DNA of 62,798 bases, filler included, from Octopus bimaculoides (GCF_001194135.2; 4 parts of 4 records of this genome joined end to end with filler, not necessarily neighbours in it); one strand, 5' to 3'. Numbered from the whole stretch's first letter, positions 10,560 through 23,399 are shown. The notes: generated from the sequence alone by a model not told the origin. Numbers and translations: made by a program.

Positions 10560-11626
10560 AGGATCTGCCAACGTCGTCTCCTTCATTGGGACACGAAACT
10601 CAGCTTGCGAAGACTTATTGGGGCAAGCGAAATCGAAATCGTGATGGCACCTGTGCCCAGTGTCGCCTTTCTGGCACTTGTGCCCGCGGCATGTGTAAGG
10701 ACTTTTGAGTGAGATCGTTGCCAGTGCCCCTAGATTGGCTCTTGTGCGGGTGGCACATAAAATACACCATTTTGAGAGTGGCCGTTGCCAGTACAACCAG
10801 ACCGACCTTCGTGCCGGTGGCACGTAAAAGCACCCACTACACTCTCTGAGTGGTTGGCGTTTAGGAAGGGCATCCAGCTGTAGAAACTCTGCCAAATGCT
10901 GTGCGTGAGAAGACCCAGCAAGTCAAGTGAGACCTAAATCTAAGGCCTCAGCCAGTTCACTTAGGCGTACCTTCCTTCATTGGACACTAAACTCCACTTG
11001 CGAAGACCTGTTGAGACAAGTGAAATCGAAATCGAGTTAAATTGGACACTAAACTCCACTTGCGAAGACCTGTTGAGGCAAGTGAAATCGAAATCGAGTT
11101 AAATTGGATACTAAACTCCACTTGCGAAAACCTGTTGAGGCAAGTGAAATTGAAATTGAGTTAAATTCGATGACTGGCACCCATGCCAACATTGTCTCCT
11201 TCATTGGACACGAAACTCAGCTTGCGAAGACTTATTGGGGCAAGCGAAAGCGAAATTGTGATGGCACCTGTGCCCAGCATCGCCTTTCTGGCACTTGTGC
11301 CTGCGGCATGTGTAAGGACTTTCGAGCGAGATCGTTGCCAGTGCCCCTGGACTGGCTCTTGTGCGGGTGGCACATAAAATACACCATTTTGAGCATGGCC
11401 GTTGCCACTACCGCCTGACTGGCCTTCGTGCCGATGGCACGTAAAAGCACCCTCTACACTCTCTGAGTGGTTGGCGTTAGGAAGGGCATCCAGCTGTAGA
11501 AACTCTGCCAAATCAGACTGGAGCCTGGTGTAGCCATCTGGTTTCACCAGTCTTCAGTCAAATCGTCCAACCCATGCTAGCATGGAAAGTGGACGTTAAA
11601 CGACGACGACGATGATGACGATGATG
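10560..11626 (+). mobile_element. Tandem RTE 3'-UTR/tail composite
   Basis: 10567-10890 is imperfectly repeated at 11183-11510. The RTE ORF2 end (AVREKTQQVK*, 10898-10933) lies between them. Ends in gcatggaaagtggacgttaaacgacgac(gat)n. Confidence 0.8.
10980..11165 (+). repeat. 62-bp tandem repeat x3
   Basis: Units start at 10980, 11042 and 11104 (ttggacactaaactccacttgcgaagacctgttgagRcaagtgaaatcgaaatcgagttaaa). No spacers. Confidence 0.9.
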
Positions 11627-11760
11627 TGTGTCTGTCTGTCTGTGTGTGTGTGTGTTTCCCTAAAACTCGAGAACTACACAACCAATTTCATTCAAATTTC
11701 ATACATGCCTTACTTAGGTTTCCAGTTGCGTTTTAGTCAAAAAAATTAATTTTAACTTCT

Positions 11761-12027
11761 TGCATATACTGCATCACCTGTCCAAACTGTAAAGAAAATT
11801 ACATTGGCGAAACGAATAACTCACTCTGTCAACGTGCAAGAATTCACAGGCAACATATCCGACAAGAAGAACTAAGAATGATTCCATTGAGTAAACATCT
11901 GGAACTATGCGGAGACGGAAAGTTCAAAATCGTTCCCTATTATAAATGTACACGGGACGATCCACAATACCAAAAGGCAATGGAACTACACTTCATAAAA
12001 AAATTTTCCCCAAAGTTAAATGTTTGA
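11761..12027 (+). mobile_element. Penelope-type GIY-YIG endonuclease domain, 5'-truncated, stop-free
   Basis: Manual translation CIYCITCPNCKENYIGETNNSLCQRARIHRQHIRQEELRMIPLSKHLELCGDGKFKIVPYYKCTRDDPQYQKAMELHFIKKFSPKLNV* contains IY-x9-YIG, R...H, E and LN motifs. Confidence 0.9.
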
Positions 12028-12240
12028 AAGAGAAAAAAGAAAAACAAGGAATACGTTTTGTATGTATATATATGTATATATGTAATATGATATTTTTACT
12101 AATTGATTTTACTAATTCGATTTTTCAAATTTACAAATATTATACTAATATACTCTCATGCAGAACTACACCTTACCAAAAATAAATAAATAAATGAATG
12201 TATGACAGGAATATATTCTAAATAGGACTCAAAGTATATA

Positions 12241-12340
12241 NNNNNNNNNNNNNNNNNNNNNNNNNNNNNNNNNNNNNNNNNNNNTTAATTAATTAANNNN
12301 NNNNNNNNNNNNNNNNNNNNNNNNNNNNNNNNNNNNNNNN
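12241..12340. other. 100-bp placeholder gap (44 N + TTAATTAATTAA + 44 N)
   Basis: Identical construction at 27147-27246 and 54639-54738. Assembly artefact marking joins of unknown size. Confidence 0.9.
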
Positions 12341-12504
12341 ATAAAGCAATATTATTTATCTGAATAAAAAAAATCAAATGAAGAGCCTAAGATTTATCCT
12401 AGGTCAAATTATTCCTGCATCACAAGTATGGAAGTAAATAGTGAAGCCGTTTTCACGTGATAAGCGATTACACACACATCTCTGTTTTATATATAGTATA
12501 GATA

Positions 12505-13227
12505 GATTATTGTTGTTGTTGTTGTTGTTGTTGTTATTATTATTATTATTATCATTATTAAACATGCACACAAGCAAACACTCATGCACCCACGCACACA
12601 CACAGATGCATACACATAAACACACACATGTACATGCACACTGACTAACACACAGTGAGGAGGCGTATTAGAGACGTGGAGAGAGATACGGTGGGAGAGA
12701 GAGCAAGAGAGATGTGGATACACCCCCCCCCACACACACACACACATACGCATATATATCGTTAACTGAATAAATAAGTACACAGATAAATAAATAAATA
12801 AATTTGTAAATAAATAGATTATGATGAAAGATAGAGGGGAAATATGACATGCAATGCAAGCTTCAGAAATAATCACAGAGAAAAATGGTGGACGTGAACG
12901 AGTACTGGAGGCGGTGGGGAGACTGTATGAAGTAGAATGGTTGATGCCCTTAGACTTTGATCACACACGGCTGTGACAGGAATCAGATCTATCGGTACTG
13001 AATCACCTCACATATAATGCTGCTTCTGCTTTATATCAAAACTATATTTTATTGAACGAGGGTTCCAAAAGCGGTAATGGAAGTTTTGTAAGAGGAAGGT
13101 AAACCAGAAAGAAAGGCTACGAGGCCCACGTGACGATGGTGGCGATGGTGGTGGTGATGGTGGTAGTGTTGGTGGTGTTGATGGTGCAGAATCGGCAACA
13201 TCAATAGCAGCAACAGTCGTGCTGTTG

Positions 13228-13259
<32 letters not shown>

Positions 13260-14426
13260 GGTGGAGGCGGCGACGGCGATGGGGCGGAGGNNNNNNNNNN
13301 NNNNNNNNNNNNNNNNNNNNNNNNNNNNNNNNNNNNNNNNNNNNNNNNNNNNNNNNNNNNNNNNNNNNNNNNNNNNNNNNNNNNNNNNNNNNNNNNNNNN
13401 NNNNNNNNNNNNNNNNNNNNNNNNNNNNNNNNNNNNNNNNNNNNNNNNNNNNNNNNNNNNNNNNNNNNNNNNNNNNNNNNNNNNNNNNNNACTTCGGGGG
13501 TGACGGTTGTGGTGGCTGAAGCGGTGGTGGCGGTGGTGAGGGTGGTGGCAGTGTTGGCAGTGGCGGCGGCGGCAGAAGATACACTCCATAAACATCGGCC
13601 TATCAGACCTTTGAACAACTGTAAGAATATTCAGATTATAGCAGGGAGAAGAAAAAAAAACAAAAAACATTCACTAGTTAGGGTAATGTAAATTACTGAT
13701 TACGGAAATCTTCACGAACATTCTTCCGATATAATCAATGTTGTATATCCGCATACCGGCACGAATTTATAAAAAAAAACAACAACAACTAACGACCAAG
13801 AACTTTCTAGATGCGGCCATGCTCAATTTCTCTCTGGCATTGTGTATTTAGAATTATATTATCCAATATGTTGAACCCTTTAAATTAATGTAGGGTGTAA
13901 TTTGAAAAATCATCTGGCAAATGTCGTTCGCAGATCGAGCGAGCGCGTAGAAGCCACCAGTAAGTAATGGCACGTATGGCATTGCGGCGATGATTGTGGT
14001 AGCTGTGGTCTTCTCGCTGTGGTTTTTGCAATTGTGATGGCGGTGGACGTTGTATATGTTTTGGATGACGGTGGAAGCGGATGTTGCTGGTCGGGGTAGT
14101 AGTAGTAGTAGCTGATGATTTAATTGAATTTTTTTTAGAGATAGTAATAGCGTTAAGTCGTATCGATAAGAACGCTTCTTGCTTAGAATGTTATGGCGGC
14201 GATGTCAATGAAGATAGACGTTTATGACGATGGCAATAAAAGCGACATAAATGATGATGGATATAATGGTGGCGATGATAACATGACGAGAATAGTGGTG
14301 TTGATGTTATCCCTATATTTGTCATCTGAAGTTGATGTTGATGATTTGAAATATTCACTGTCTAGATGAAAACTGACAGTAATTGGGATGTATTATGAAG
14401 GAGATAGTTGTTTGTCATTTAGCGAC

Positions 14427-14496
<70 letters not shown>

Positions 14497-14657
14497 ACAG
14501 CAGTAGTGGCGGCAGCGGCGGCGTCGGTGGTGGTGGTGGTAGTAGTGGTAGTGGTGGTGTGGTGGTGCTGGCGGTGGTGGTGACAGGAACAACAAAAGTA
14601 GTAATAGTGTTGGCGCTGGAAATAGTAGGAGTAGTACTAATGGTGGTGGTGGTGGTG

Positions 14658-14704
<47 letters not shown>

Positions 14705-14830
14705 TGTAGTAGTAGTAGTAGTAATGGTGGTGATAATAGAAATAGTAGTGGTAATGGTGGTGGTGGTGATGGTGGTGGCGGCGGTGTCTGTAGTAATTGT
14801 AATAGTAAGTAGTAATATTGGTGGCGGCAG
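12505..14830. repeat. Trinucleotide microsatellite cluster (TTG, TTA, GGT, TAG, GGC) plus CA/TA tracts
   Basis: Direct reading; produces the poly-S/V/T/L pseudo-ORFs in the track. Confidence 0.95.
13740..13970. promoter_or_regulatory. Candidate CpG-rich promoter / first-exon region, possibly bidirectional
   Basis: Local CpG enrichment (gcagatcgagcgagcgcgtag). Plus-strand donor-like cca|gtaagt (~13958) and minus-strand agcATGGCCGC followed by donor-like gtc|gttagt. No transcript evidence. Confidence 0.25.
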
Positions 14831-17789
14831 TTGCAGCGATAACGGTGTTAGGAGTGGTAGTTCCAGAAGGAGACGGGCATTTGGTTTGTTGATGATCACG
14901 AAGAAAAGGAAGAGAAATGATATTGCTGGTGAAAAGAACTGCGATGATAGAATGGGCGTGATTTCTACCGTAGTGAGATGATAATGTTTATATTTTGGAT
15001 GACGACATAGTTTCAGATTGTGATGAATACGAATTGGTGTTTGTGGTGAGATGCGATGGAGGACTTATAATGACTGGGGATGACGTTAAAAGTGGAAGTA
15101 GAATGTGAAGTGCTCAGTATAGCTAAGTTATTGGTGGTTGCTGATAAACAGTTATAATGTTCAGACGTCATAAATTTACGGATTCTGCCTACTGTTATGC
15201 TTCAAGGACAGCGGGTCCCACTCAGGGCTGCCGAAGTTTATTTTGTAATGGTAATATCAAAACACCAAAAAGCACTAGTCAAAATATCAATTTTAAAATC
15301 ATATAAAATATCTGAAATGAGGAGAGATAGATTTAACTTCATGATAAGAGAACTCTATCATCAATTACCCTATTGATGAATGTTTTCTTTTCTAATTTTT
15401 TAAAAACTTGTGTGTTCACAGGTTCCCCGAGACCGGTAAGCTTTATGCGGTTAATGTTCTGTTTAATCAGCTGCATGGTTTTGCCAGCCAGAGAAAAATT
15501 TCTAGGCGACTGATATTCAAGGAAGGAGACACAAGGCTCTGAGGCAGTGTGGAGTTAAGAGTTTGAAGAAGAATAAAACAGTATATGTCGGCGGTGCTCG
15601 AGTGATGGACTAACGAAATCAGGTAGCTCCGGAAACAGAGGATAAAAGCGACAGAAGCGAGAGCACCTACGTGAGTTAGAGCTTTGAGCATATTAGTTTA
15701 TGATGGAATGTCAATAAGTCAAGTAGCGCGTCTCTGGACGCAGTCGAGAATGCCTACGAGCGTAGAGTAGCACTGATCAATACATGGAAGCAGTAATCTG
15801 GAGTGTGCCCCTTGCATTCCTTTACAATGCTATTGTGGAAGATTCCACATCATGCAGTTAATGTCTCGGAATTAAATTCTGAATTTATTGAGAAACTTAA
15901 ATGTGAAATTTCTCAGATGCACGATTGTTAGATATAATTTTGTTGAGTAAGGAAGAAAGTCTCAGTAACTACTAAAGAATTAGGCATCATTAGAAATAAA
16001 TTTTGAGAAGATAGACAAGCAATAACCATCGCCACAGTTTTGATGAAAGCTGTTAAACCAAAGTTTTTTTTTCTGCCCGTTGACTGATGTAGTATCATAT
16101 CTATTATCGATTTGCTTCAAAGTTTTTCAAGGACTAGGTTCGAAAATTTCATAACAAATAAGATCAGAGATTTTGGCCTTTCTTCAATAAAATTTGTTGG
16201 GAGCAATGTCTCAAGTAACTCTAAATTGCGAAACAGTTCACAAGACAGAAAAAAAAAGATAAAAGTGCTAAAACATCCATATTCCAACGTATAATAGCAT
16301 GGAAAACTGACGTAAAAAAAAAAACAACGACGACGATGACAATCATGAAGACGATGATGATGATGACGATGATTTTGATCATAATGATGAAAATTTCGAG
16401 AACGATAAAGCTGATGATGCGCTTATGACTTGGGCTTAAATATGGAAGCATATTTCTGATTATCTCTTCCAAATAACACGGCAATTCAGTGCACATTTTA
16501 GACGCACACAAGTGCAACGAAAGCAGACAAGTTTGTACGCAGATTTGAGGAAATTCATACTACAAGCGATATTTGCCTACGCTTTTCACTCCTATCATAA
16601 CACTAATATTATAGTTAGAACATCCTATAAAATTTTCGAAGTTGATTTCATAAAAACAATAATAAAACATTAAAAAATACTCTTTACAAGAGATAAATTC
16701 CGAAAGATGTTGGATAACTTCCAAGAGATGAGTAATTAATTTCCATTAGATATCTGTACACACTATTGTAATTTCAGTATCATAATATCTAAGCTACAAG
16801 AATAACTTGTTTGAGATTAGAAATATCTCTTGCCTGATCAATAAGATGAGAAAATTCCGTCACCTTCAGCTTGGATACAAGTTTATTAAAGATATGTTCA
16901 CTCATCACATTAGAAAATAATTAGCTTCCTTTGGTCCTAACACACTGGATATTCTGCTCTGTTTTTGGCTTGAGACAAACAGGAGCTCTGAGGATAACCT
17001 AAGAGAGGTAAATAACCTAAGAGAGAAAACTGTAACTTGTGTTCTGTAATAAATCGACACAGTTTAATTTCAGCAGTAAAGTCTATACACAAGGAATAGA
17101 GGATTGACTAGGTGACTCAAAAATCAGATAATTTGAAGTGTTTTATTGATTTTAGATTTATTTGATATTTTTCTATTACTTTAAATCCTTCAATTTGACT
17201 TGGACTGACAGAATTTGCTGACAACGTCAAAGAGAAAATTTTCTCATGTGTTAACAATTAACAAACAAGATGACGGTTTTCTGTGGAAAAAGCTATGAAA
17301 TGTGTTTCTTTTATAGAAATGTTATCTTTATCATTCTCATTGTTGTTTAAGAAAATATCTTTATTGTGTCTAGGGAGAGTCACTACGTCAATATTAATAA
17401 CACACTGATGGGACAGAATACACAGACAATCCCTAGATGAACACTCTGTAAAATAAAATATTGGCGTAATGACTCGCCCAAGACACAATAAAATTTGCTT
17501 CAACACACGAATTCACATAAAGAATCTGGCAAACCAACAACAAAATCTAAGTAAAATATCTTTATTTATCATCCTTATTTCTGTCGTTCACATTGCTTCA
17601 ATTTTTAGTTTTCTATCTAAATTTACGGACAATTATTAATGCCCATAAAGATATGGTCATATTCATTCGAATTTCTGGGTGAGGAATACAAACCCGGCCG
17701 CCTATTTGTTAGTTTACAGGAGACAGAAAACAATAACAACAGTTGCAGTATTACTGTCACGGATGCTCTTGTTTGTGTATTTTGCCGTA

Positions 17790-18870
17790 GGAGCTGTTGC
17801 TGTTGTGGTGATCTTACAGGCAGAGATGGCTTATGTCACCTGAACAGTTGGACGCGTCCAACCCTAAGAAATCGGAAGTGTACACTTGACGGACAGAGTG
17901 CATGATGCTCAATGGTCCTGATAAGTCATCATTTACCCGAAATTCCGTGCAGATGCTGCTCTACATTTCGGCGATCTACCCACGGAAAACGGGACCGAAA
18001 CTGGCCACCGTAAGAACGGTCAAATATTGGTTGTAAACGCTATCGAAGCCTTTGGTTGACCCAATTTGATCAGGACCCCACTTATTCTTGCTTCGTCTCC
18101 CAAAATTTCTATGATAAATAGCATGACGTGAAGATTGCCGAGAATAGATCTGCTTGGAATGTTGCATGTTTGTGCATCACTAAGAAGTTCCTGGACGATG
18201 AACTTCAACGTCTTCACTCACACCTTACCCAGAATTTTGAAGTCTGCGTTCATCCACATAATGAGTCCACCGCTCCTCCACTCACAGAACTAGGAATGTT
18301 GCCATATTGCTGCCAAATGCGGTAAATAGTAGCTAAGAGGATGCGAAACAAGTCTGGTATATAAAGCTGAAACTCGTAGGACAGACCATCCAAATCAGGT
18401 GATTTGCTAACGTGTTAGGGAAATCCAGTCGGTATCTGACAGACAGTTGAAAATATCTGAGCAGGTTTGTGAGGCTTTTCCACCTCCCTCTTGTAACACG
18501 AATCACACATAATCTAAATATGCGTCCAAGATGTCGTTCTATTCGATCATTAGCACTACAGATCGAGAAGTTCCTAGGAATGGTTCGTCTATTCTCTATG
18601 CTGCGTAATACAGCTGCCATCACCGGCAAAGAGATGTCCACATCTGGTGGTAGCACTACTCTCTTTATTTTCCCTGACCGAGGTATGTTGGAACTGGTCA
18701 TAATTCCTCAATATTGAGGATTGTTGTTGTACTTTCTCTGGCTTTTCCTACAGTTGGGAATCTCACCTCAACTATGCCAAAGCTACTCCCGCAGACGACA
18801 TAAATTTTTATCCTCCAGAATGGTCTTAGGCAATTTTCAATCTCGGCCTACGTCGCTCGATTCAGTTTCA
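17790..18870 (-). mobile_element. Tx1/L1-like LINE remnant (ORF1 piece fused to RT piece)
   Basis: Minus strand FGIVEVRFPTV (ORF1; matches FGTVEVRF at 29.2 kb), then MNADFKILGKV..LKFIVQELLSDAQTCNIPSRSILGNLHVMLFIIE..SGVLIKL (cf. LLNxDYKILAK..QTxxVPGRxIxDN), then frameshifted KGFDSV (KAFD). Confidence 0.8.
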
Positions 18871-19098
18871 TGCTTTTTGATGAAATACATTTGTAGATAG
18901 TAACATTTCCACTATCTTATTGTATTTCCTTTGGCGTATTTAGTTATGTGTTTTTCCCATATTTTGATAAGTGCACTTTGGAAAGTTCTTATCGACACAT
19001 TACTTCAGTCGGCGTCACACTTGTAGCAAGCTATTCCCATTTTGTTTGCGAATAAGAACCGTTGCTGTTTCTGCTGTATTAACGTTTGTGATGATGGT

Positions 19099-19223
19099 GG
19101 ACATTTGTCATCTTGTTTGTTGTTAACGCAACGTTTCGGCTGATATACTCACGTGCATACATCGTAGTAGTTAAGAGCGCGGGCTACTAACCCCAAGATT
19201 TCGAGTTCGATTCCAAGCAGTGA

Positions 19224-19285
<62 letters not shown>

Positions 19286-19430
19286 TCGAAAAATACCTTA
19301 GGAATGAGAAACCAGGTTCAAAATTTCCTCAAGACACCTGATAAAGGCTGGAAGGTATATCAGCCGAAACAGAACAAATATCCGTCAAATGTAAATAATG
19401 TAAATAGTGTACATAATTCCTCATCTCTAA
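19099..19430 (+). mobile_element. Short tRNA-headed element with (AAT)n linker, hammerhead-bearing tail and inverted tail copy at 5' end
   Basis: Inverted tail copy 19099-19149; tRNA-like head with B box GAGTTCGATTCC (19203-19214) and GGG-CTACTAA-CCC stem-loop; (AAT)n ~19228-19282; CAC-CTGATAA-A-GGCTG GAAGGTATAT CAGCC-GAAAC (19335-19370). Confidence 0.7.
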
Positions 19431-19471
19431 AATATAGAACTGTATAGAGAGCGACGTGCAAAACATGTCGA

Positions 19472-19528
<57 letters not shown>

Positions 19529-19827
19529 CAGTAATGTATAATCGCAATCATAATAATAATGGCATCGCCTGGTGTACAATTTATGCTTAACACTTGGTTT
19601 ATCTTGTCAAACATAGTTAACTCCATGGATTTTATAAAGAAATCATTATGTTCTATTAACTACCATCATACGTTATCTGGTGTCTTTCAGTAGACATTAC
19701 CATATTGATAATGGAGTGTAAGCGAATAGATCATTAAACCTGAACATAATTATTAGAACATAAGACTCTAATCTCGTCGTTATTATTGTTGTGGTTGTTG
19801 TGGCTAGTGGTAACTGTATAATGAATA

Positions 19828-19867
<40 letters not shown>

Positions 19868-19879
19868 ATACTACTACTA

Positions 19880-19915
<36 letters not shown>

Positions 19916-21939
19916 GTAAGGATCGAATGGAAATGGATATTGTGAGATGCTAAGGAAGCTTCAACAACCAAGGGATGTGATCAAAATATAATTCCGTAGA
20001 GATATTTTAATGTCTGCTATACTGTTTTCGATGTAATGATATTTTGTAATCTATACACTATAATTGCTGTTTAGTTAGATATCTAATACTAGTTAATGTT
20101 ACGTTGCTAAACACACAGCTACTGTCANNNNNNNNNNNNNNNNNNNNNNNNNNNNNNNNNNNNNNNNNNNNNNNNNNNNNNNNNNNNNNNNNNNNNNNNN
20201 NNNNNNNNNNNNNNNNNNNNNNNNNNNNNNNNNNNNNNNNNNNNNNNNNNNNNNNNNNNNNNNNNNNNNNNNNNNNNNNNNNNNNNNNNNNNNNNNNNNN
20301 NNNNNNNNNNNNNNNNNNNNNNNNNNNNNNNNNNNNNNNNNNNNNNNNNNNNNNNNNNNNNNNNNNNNNNNNNNNNNNNNNNNNNNNNNNNNNNNNNNNN
20401 NNNNNNNNNNNNNNNNNNNNNNNNNNNNNNNNNNNNNNNNNNNNNNNNNNNNNNNNNNNNNNNNNNNNNNNNNNNNNNNNNNNNNNNNNNNNNNNNNNNN
20501 NNNNNNNNNNNNNNNNNNNNNNNNNNNNNNNNNNNNNNNNNNNNNNNNNNNNNNNNNNNNNNNNNNNNNNNNNNNNNNNNNNNNNNNNNNNNNNNNNNNN
20601 NNNNNNNNNNNNNNNNNNNNNNNNNNNNNNNNNNNNNNNNNNNNNNNNNNNNNNNNNNNNNNNNNNNNNNNNNNNNNNNNNNNNNNNNNNNNNNNNNNNN
20701 NNNNNNNNNNNNNNNNNNNNNNNNNNNNNNNNNNNNNTAGCGATATATTTATGGTCAGTTGGTCTTAACAGGGTAGAGGGGATGAACATATAGAGTGAAG
20801 GAGGAACAGGGGGATGAGGTTAAAAGGTCTAGTAGGAAGGAATGCGTGTGTGTAGTATATAGGTGGTGGGGGTATGAGTGATAAACCAAGGGCAGAGATA
20901 AAGGGAAGGGATAGGTGGGAAAGGTAGTTAGTATTAGTAGTATCATATTTTAGGATGCTGCCAAGCTTATTGATAGACGGTGGAAAGGGATTGAAAGAAG
21001 TGACGTAGTCTGTATGCGTAGGAGGTGTTCTTGTGAATTTGAGAATAGAAGAAATAGANNNNNNNNNNNNNNNNNNNNNNNNNNNNNNNNNNNNNNNNNN
21101 NNNNNNNNNNNNNNNNNNNNNNNNNNNNNNNNNNNNNNNNNNNNNNNNNNNNNNNNNNNNNNNNNNNNNNNNNNNNNNNNNNNNNNNNNNNNNNNNNNNN
21201 NNNNNNNNNNNNNNNNNNNNNNNNNNNNNNNNNNNNNNNNNNNNNNNNNNNNNNNNNNNNNNNNNNNNNNNNNNNNNNNNNNNNNNNNNNNNNNNNNNNN
21301 NNNNNNNNNNNNNNNNNNNNNNNNNNNNNNNNNNNNNNNNNNNNNNNNNNNNNNNNNNNNNNNNNNNNNNNNNNNNNNNNNNNNNNNNNNNNNNNNNNNN
21401 NNNNNNNNNNNNNNNNNNNNNNNNNNNNNNNNNNNNNNNNNNNNNNNNNNNNNNNNNNNNNNNNNNNNNNNNNNNNNNNNNNNNNNNNNNNNNNNNNNNN
21501 NNNNNNNNNNNNNNNNNNNNNNNNNNNNNNNNNNNNNNNNNNNNNNNNNNNNNNNNNNNNNNNNNNNNNNNNNNNNNNNNNNNNNNNNNNNNNNNNNNNN
21601 NNNNNNNNNNNNNNNNNNNNNNNNNNNNNNNNNNNNNNNNNNNNNNNNNNNNNNNNNNNNNNNNNNNNNNNNNNNNNNNNNNNNNNNNNNNNNNNNNNNN
21701 NNNNNNNNNNNNNNNNNNNNNNNNNNNNNNNNNNNNNNNNNNNNNNNNNNNNNNNNNNNNNNNNNNNNNNNNNNNNNNNNNNNNNNNNNNNNNNNNNNNN
21801 NNNNNNNNNNNNNNNNNNNNNNNNNNNNNNNNNNNNNNNNNNNNNNNNNNNNNNNNNNNNNNNNNNNNATATATATATGTATATATATGTATATATATAT
21901 ATACTGAAACAAATAACAGGAAAAAACAAATTGGTAATG

Positions 21940-22640
21940 GACACATTCTACTACAAAAATCTAGTAGTATCCAAATTGAATAATCACGAACACTACGAAA
22001 TAAATCAATGATTACACCTCACCAAAAAGATAATAAAATCCTCTTTTCACTAATCCAAACCCACGGAAAAGACCTAGCAAAAAAGAAATAGACTATTTAA
22101 CAAACTTTCAATTTAACCTTATTCTATGGTCTACCAGAAATTCACAAAAGCCAAACTATAAACGAAGCCATTAAAAAATCACCAAAGGCCTACATTCATG
22201 CATACACCAGCACCAGTAAACCTAAAGTTACTGCTCATTATAGCTGGACCATCCTCTGAAACACATCGCTTATCTTGCTTCATGGACATCGTCCTGAAAC
22301 CATTTCTAAAATACATCAAATGTTATATTAGTAATGACTTAGATATTCTAAATCACCTACCAGAAAAGGTCAACGAAGAAACAGCCATAGTTTCATTTGA
22401 TGTGATCAACCAAACACTAACATGCCCCATAATTATGGAATAGAAGCAATCCAGTTCTGGATGGACAAATATCCAGAACGGATGAACAAAGGATTCATAA
22501 TCGAATCAATAAAATCCATCTTTCAAAACAAACATTTCATGTTTGACACCACTGTCTATCGCCAAAAATCCGGAATTGACATGGTAACAAGGACAGCCCT
22601 AACTATTGCCAACCTAACAATGGGCTATTTAGAAATAACA
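21940..22640 (+). mobile_element. Penelope RT fragment, paralogous to the 36.1-36.9 kb RT
   Basis: FYGLPEIHKS, IIAGPSSETHRLSCFMDIVLKPFLK..DLDILNHLPE..IVSFDV and YRQKSG..TALTIANLTMGYLE align by eye with 36430-36860. Confidence 0.85.
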
Positions 22641-23399
22641 ATGAATATTATCCCTGTACCTCAATGAGAAGTAATTGCATTAGGAGATTAAATTTTGTGT
22701 TGTTCATGAAACTAAACGAGTGATTTCTCGGTTGTTGATTGAATGAATTTCAAATGCAGTAGGTTTATAGAAGAAACTGTCGCTAGTGTCATGGATTTTT
22801 AAAGATGAAAACGAAAAAACAAAGAAAATATATAAACCATGTTGGCTACTCTAGGTTTTATCGTGAGCTAGAAAAGTTGCAAGACTAATTTGGCTACGGC
22901 GAGAATTATGTATTATGTGATTTTTATGAAAGGAAATTGAGTAAAAGCCAAAATCTAGGGAAAGCCTCATACTGTTGCTAAAGGCTTTAGCAAAATATCG
23001 TTCAACTCCCACCCTACAATCTTAGAGAAAGGGAAAGAACGATAGAATGATTGGAGAGAAATAGACCTAACGAAAACGAGAGAATTGTCAATGCTACAAC
23101 GTTTTTGATCAAAGCCCAACCTAATTAGAACTGACTGGTGCTAAACAATGCTATGTACCAAATGTAGATAATTTCTTTATAATCGTAGGCAGCATGTGCA
23201 ACTTATCAGTTTCGATAAATCCTGTTGTGAAATATTTTTGTTTTCTCTTTTTTTTTGTTTTTACAAGCACAGCTATACCTAGCATCCAGCTTAATTATGT
23301 GTGAGTTATCTCACTCTATTTAGTAACAAATTAACATATCAGTTAATCACTCTATATATTAAACATATAGAGAGATTGTGGAACACATCAAAGCATTGT

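Noticed and set aside
10980-11165. Three regularly spaced 62-bp repeats as a CRISPR-like array
   Set aside because: Units are contiguous with no unique spacers, lie in an RTE UTR, and the context is eukaryotic.
12285-12296. TTAATTAATTAA island centred in N runs, three times in the window
   Set aside because: Always 44 N + 12 nt + 44 N = 100 bp, with stops in all six frames. It is a scaffolding placeholder, not biology.
13008-14981. Long ORFs with poly-Ser/Val/Thr/Leu/His/Pro
   Set aside because: Translations of trinucleotide microsatellites and gaps; open in several frames and both strands, with no domain content.
19150-19225. Possible tRNA gene
   Set aside because: No convincing acceptor stem, and it runs straight into (AAT)n and a repeat tail; treated as a SINE head.
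20738-21058. Possible 3' end of another minus-strand PLE between two gaps
   Set aside because: Composition resembles 2700-2930, but no diagnostic motif could be read.
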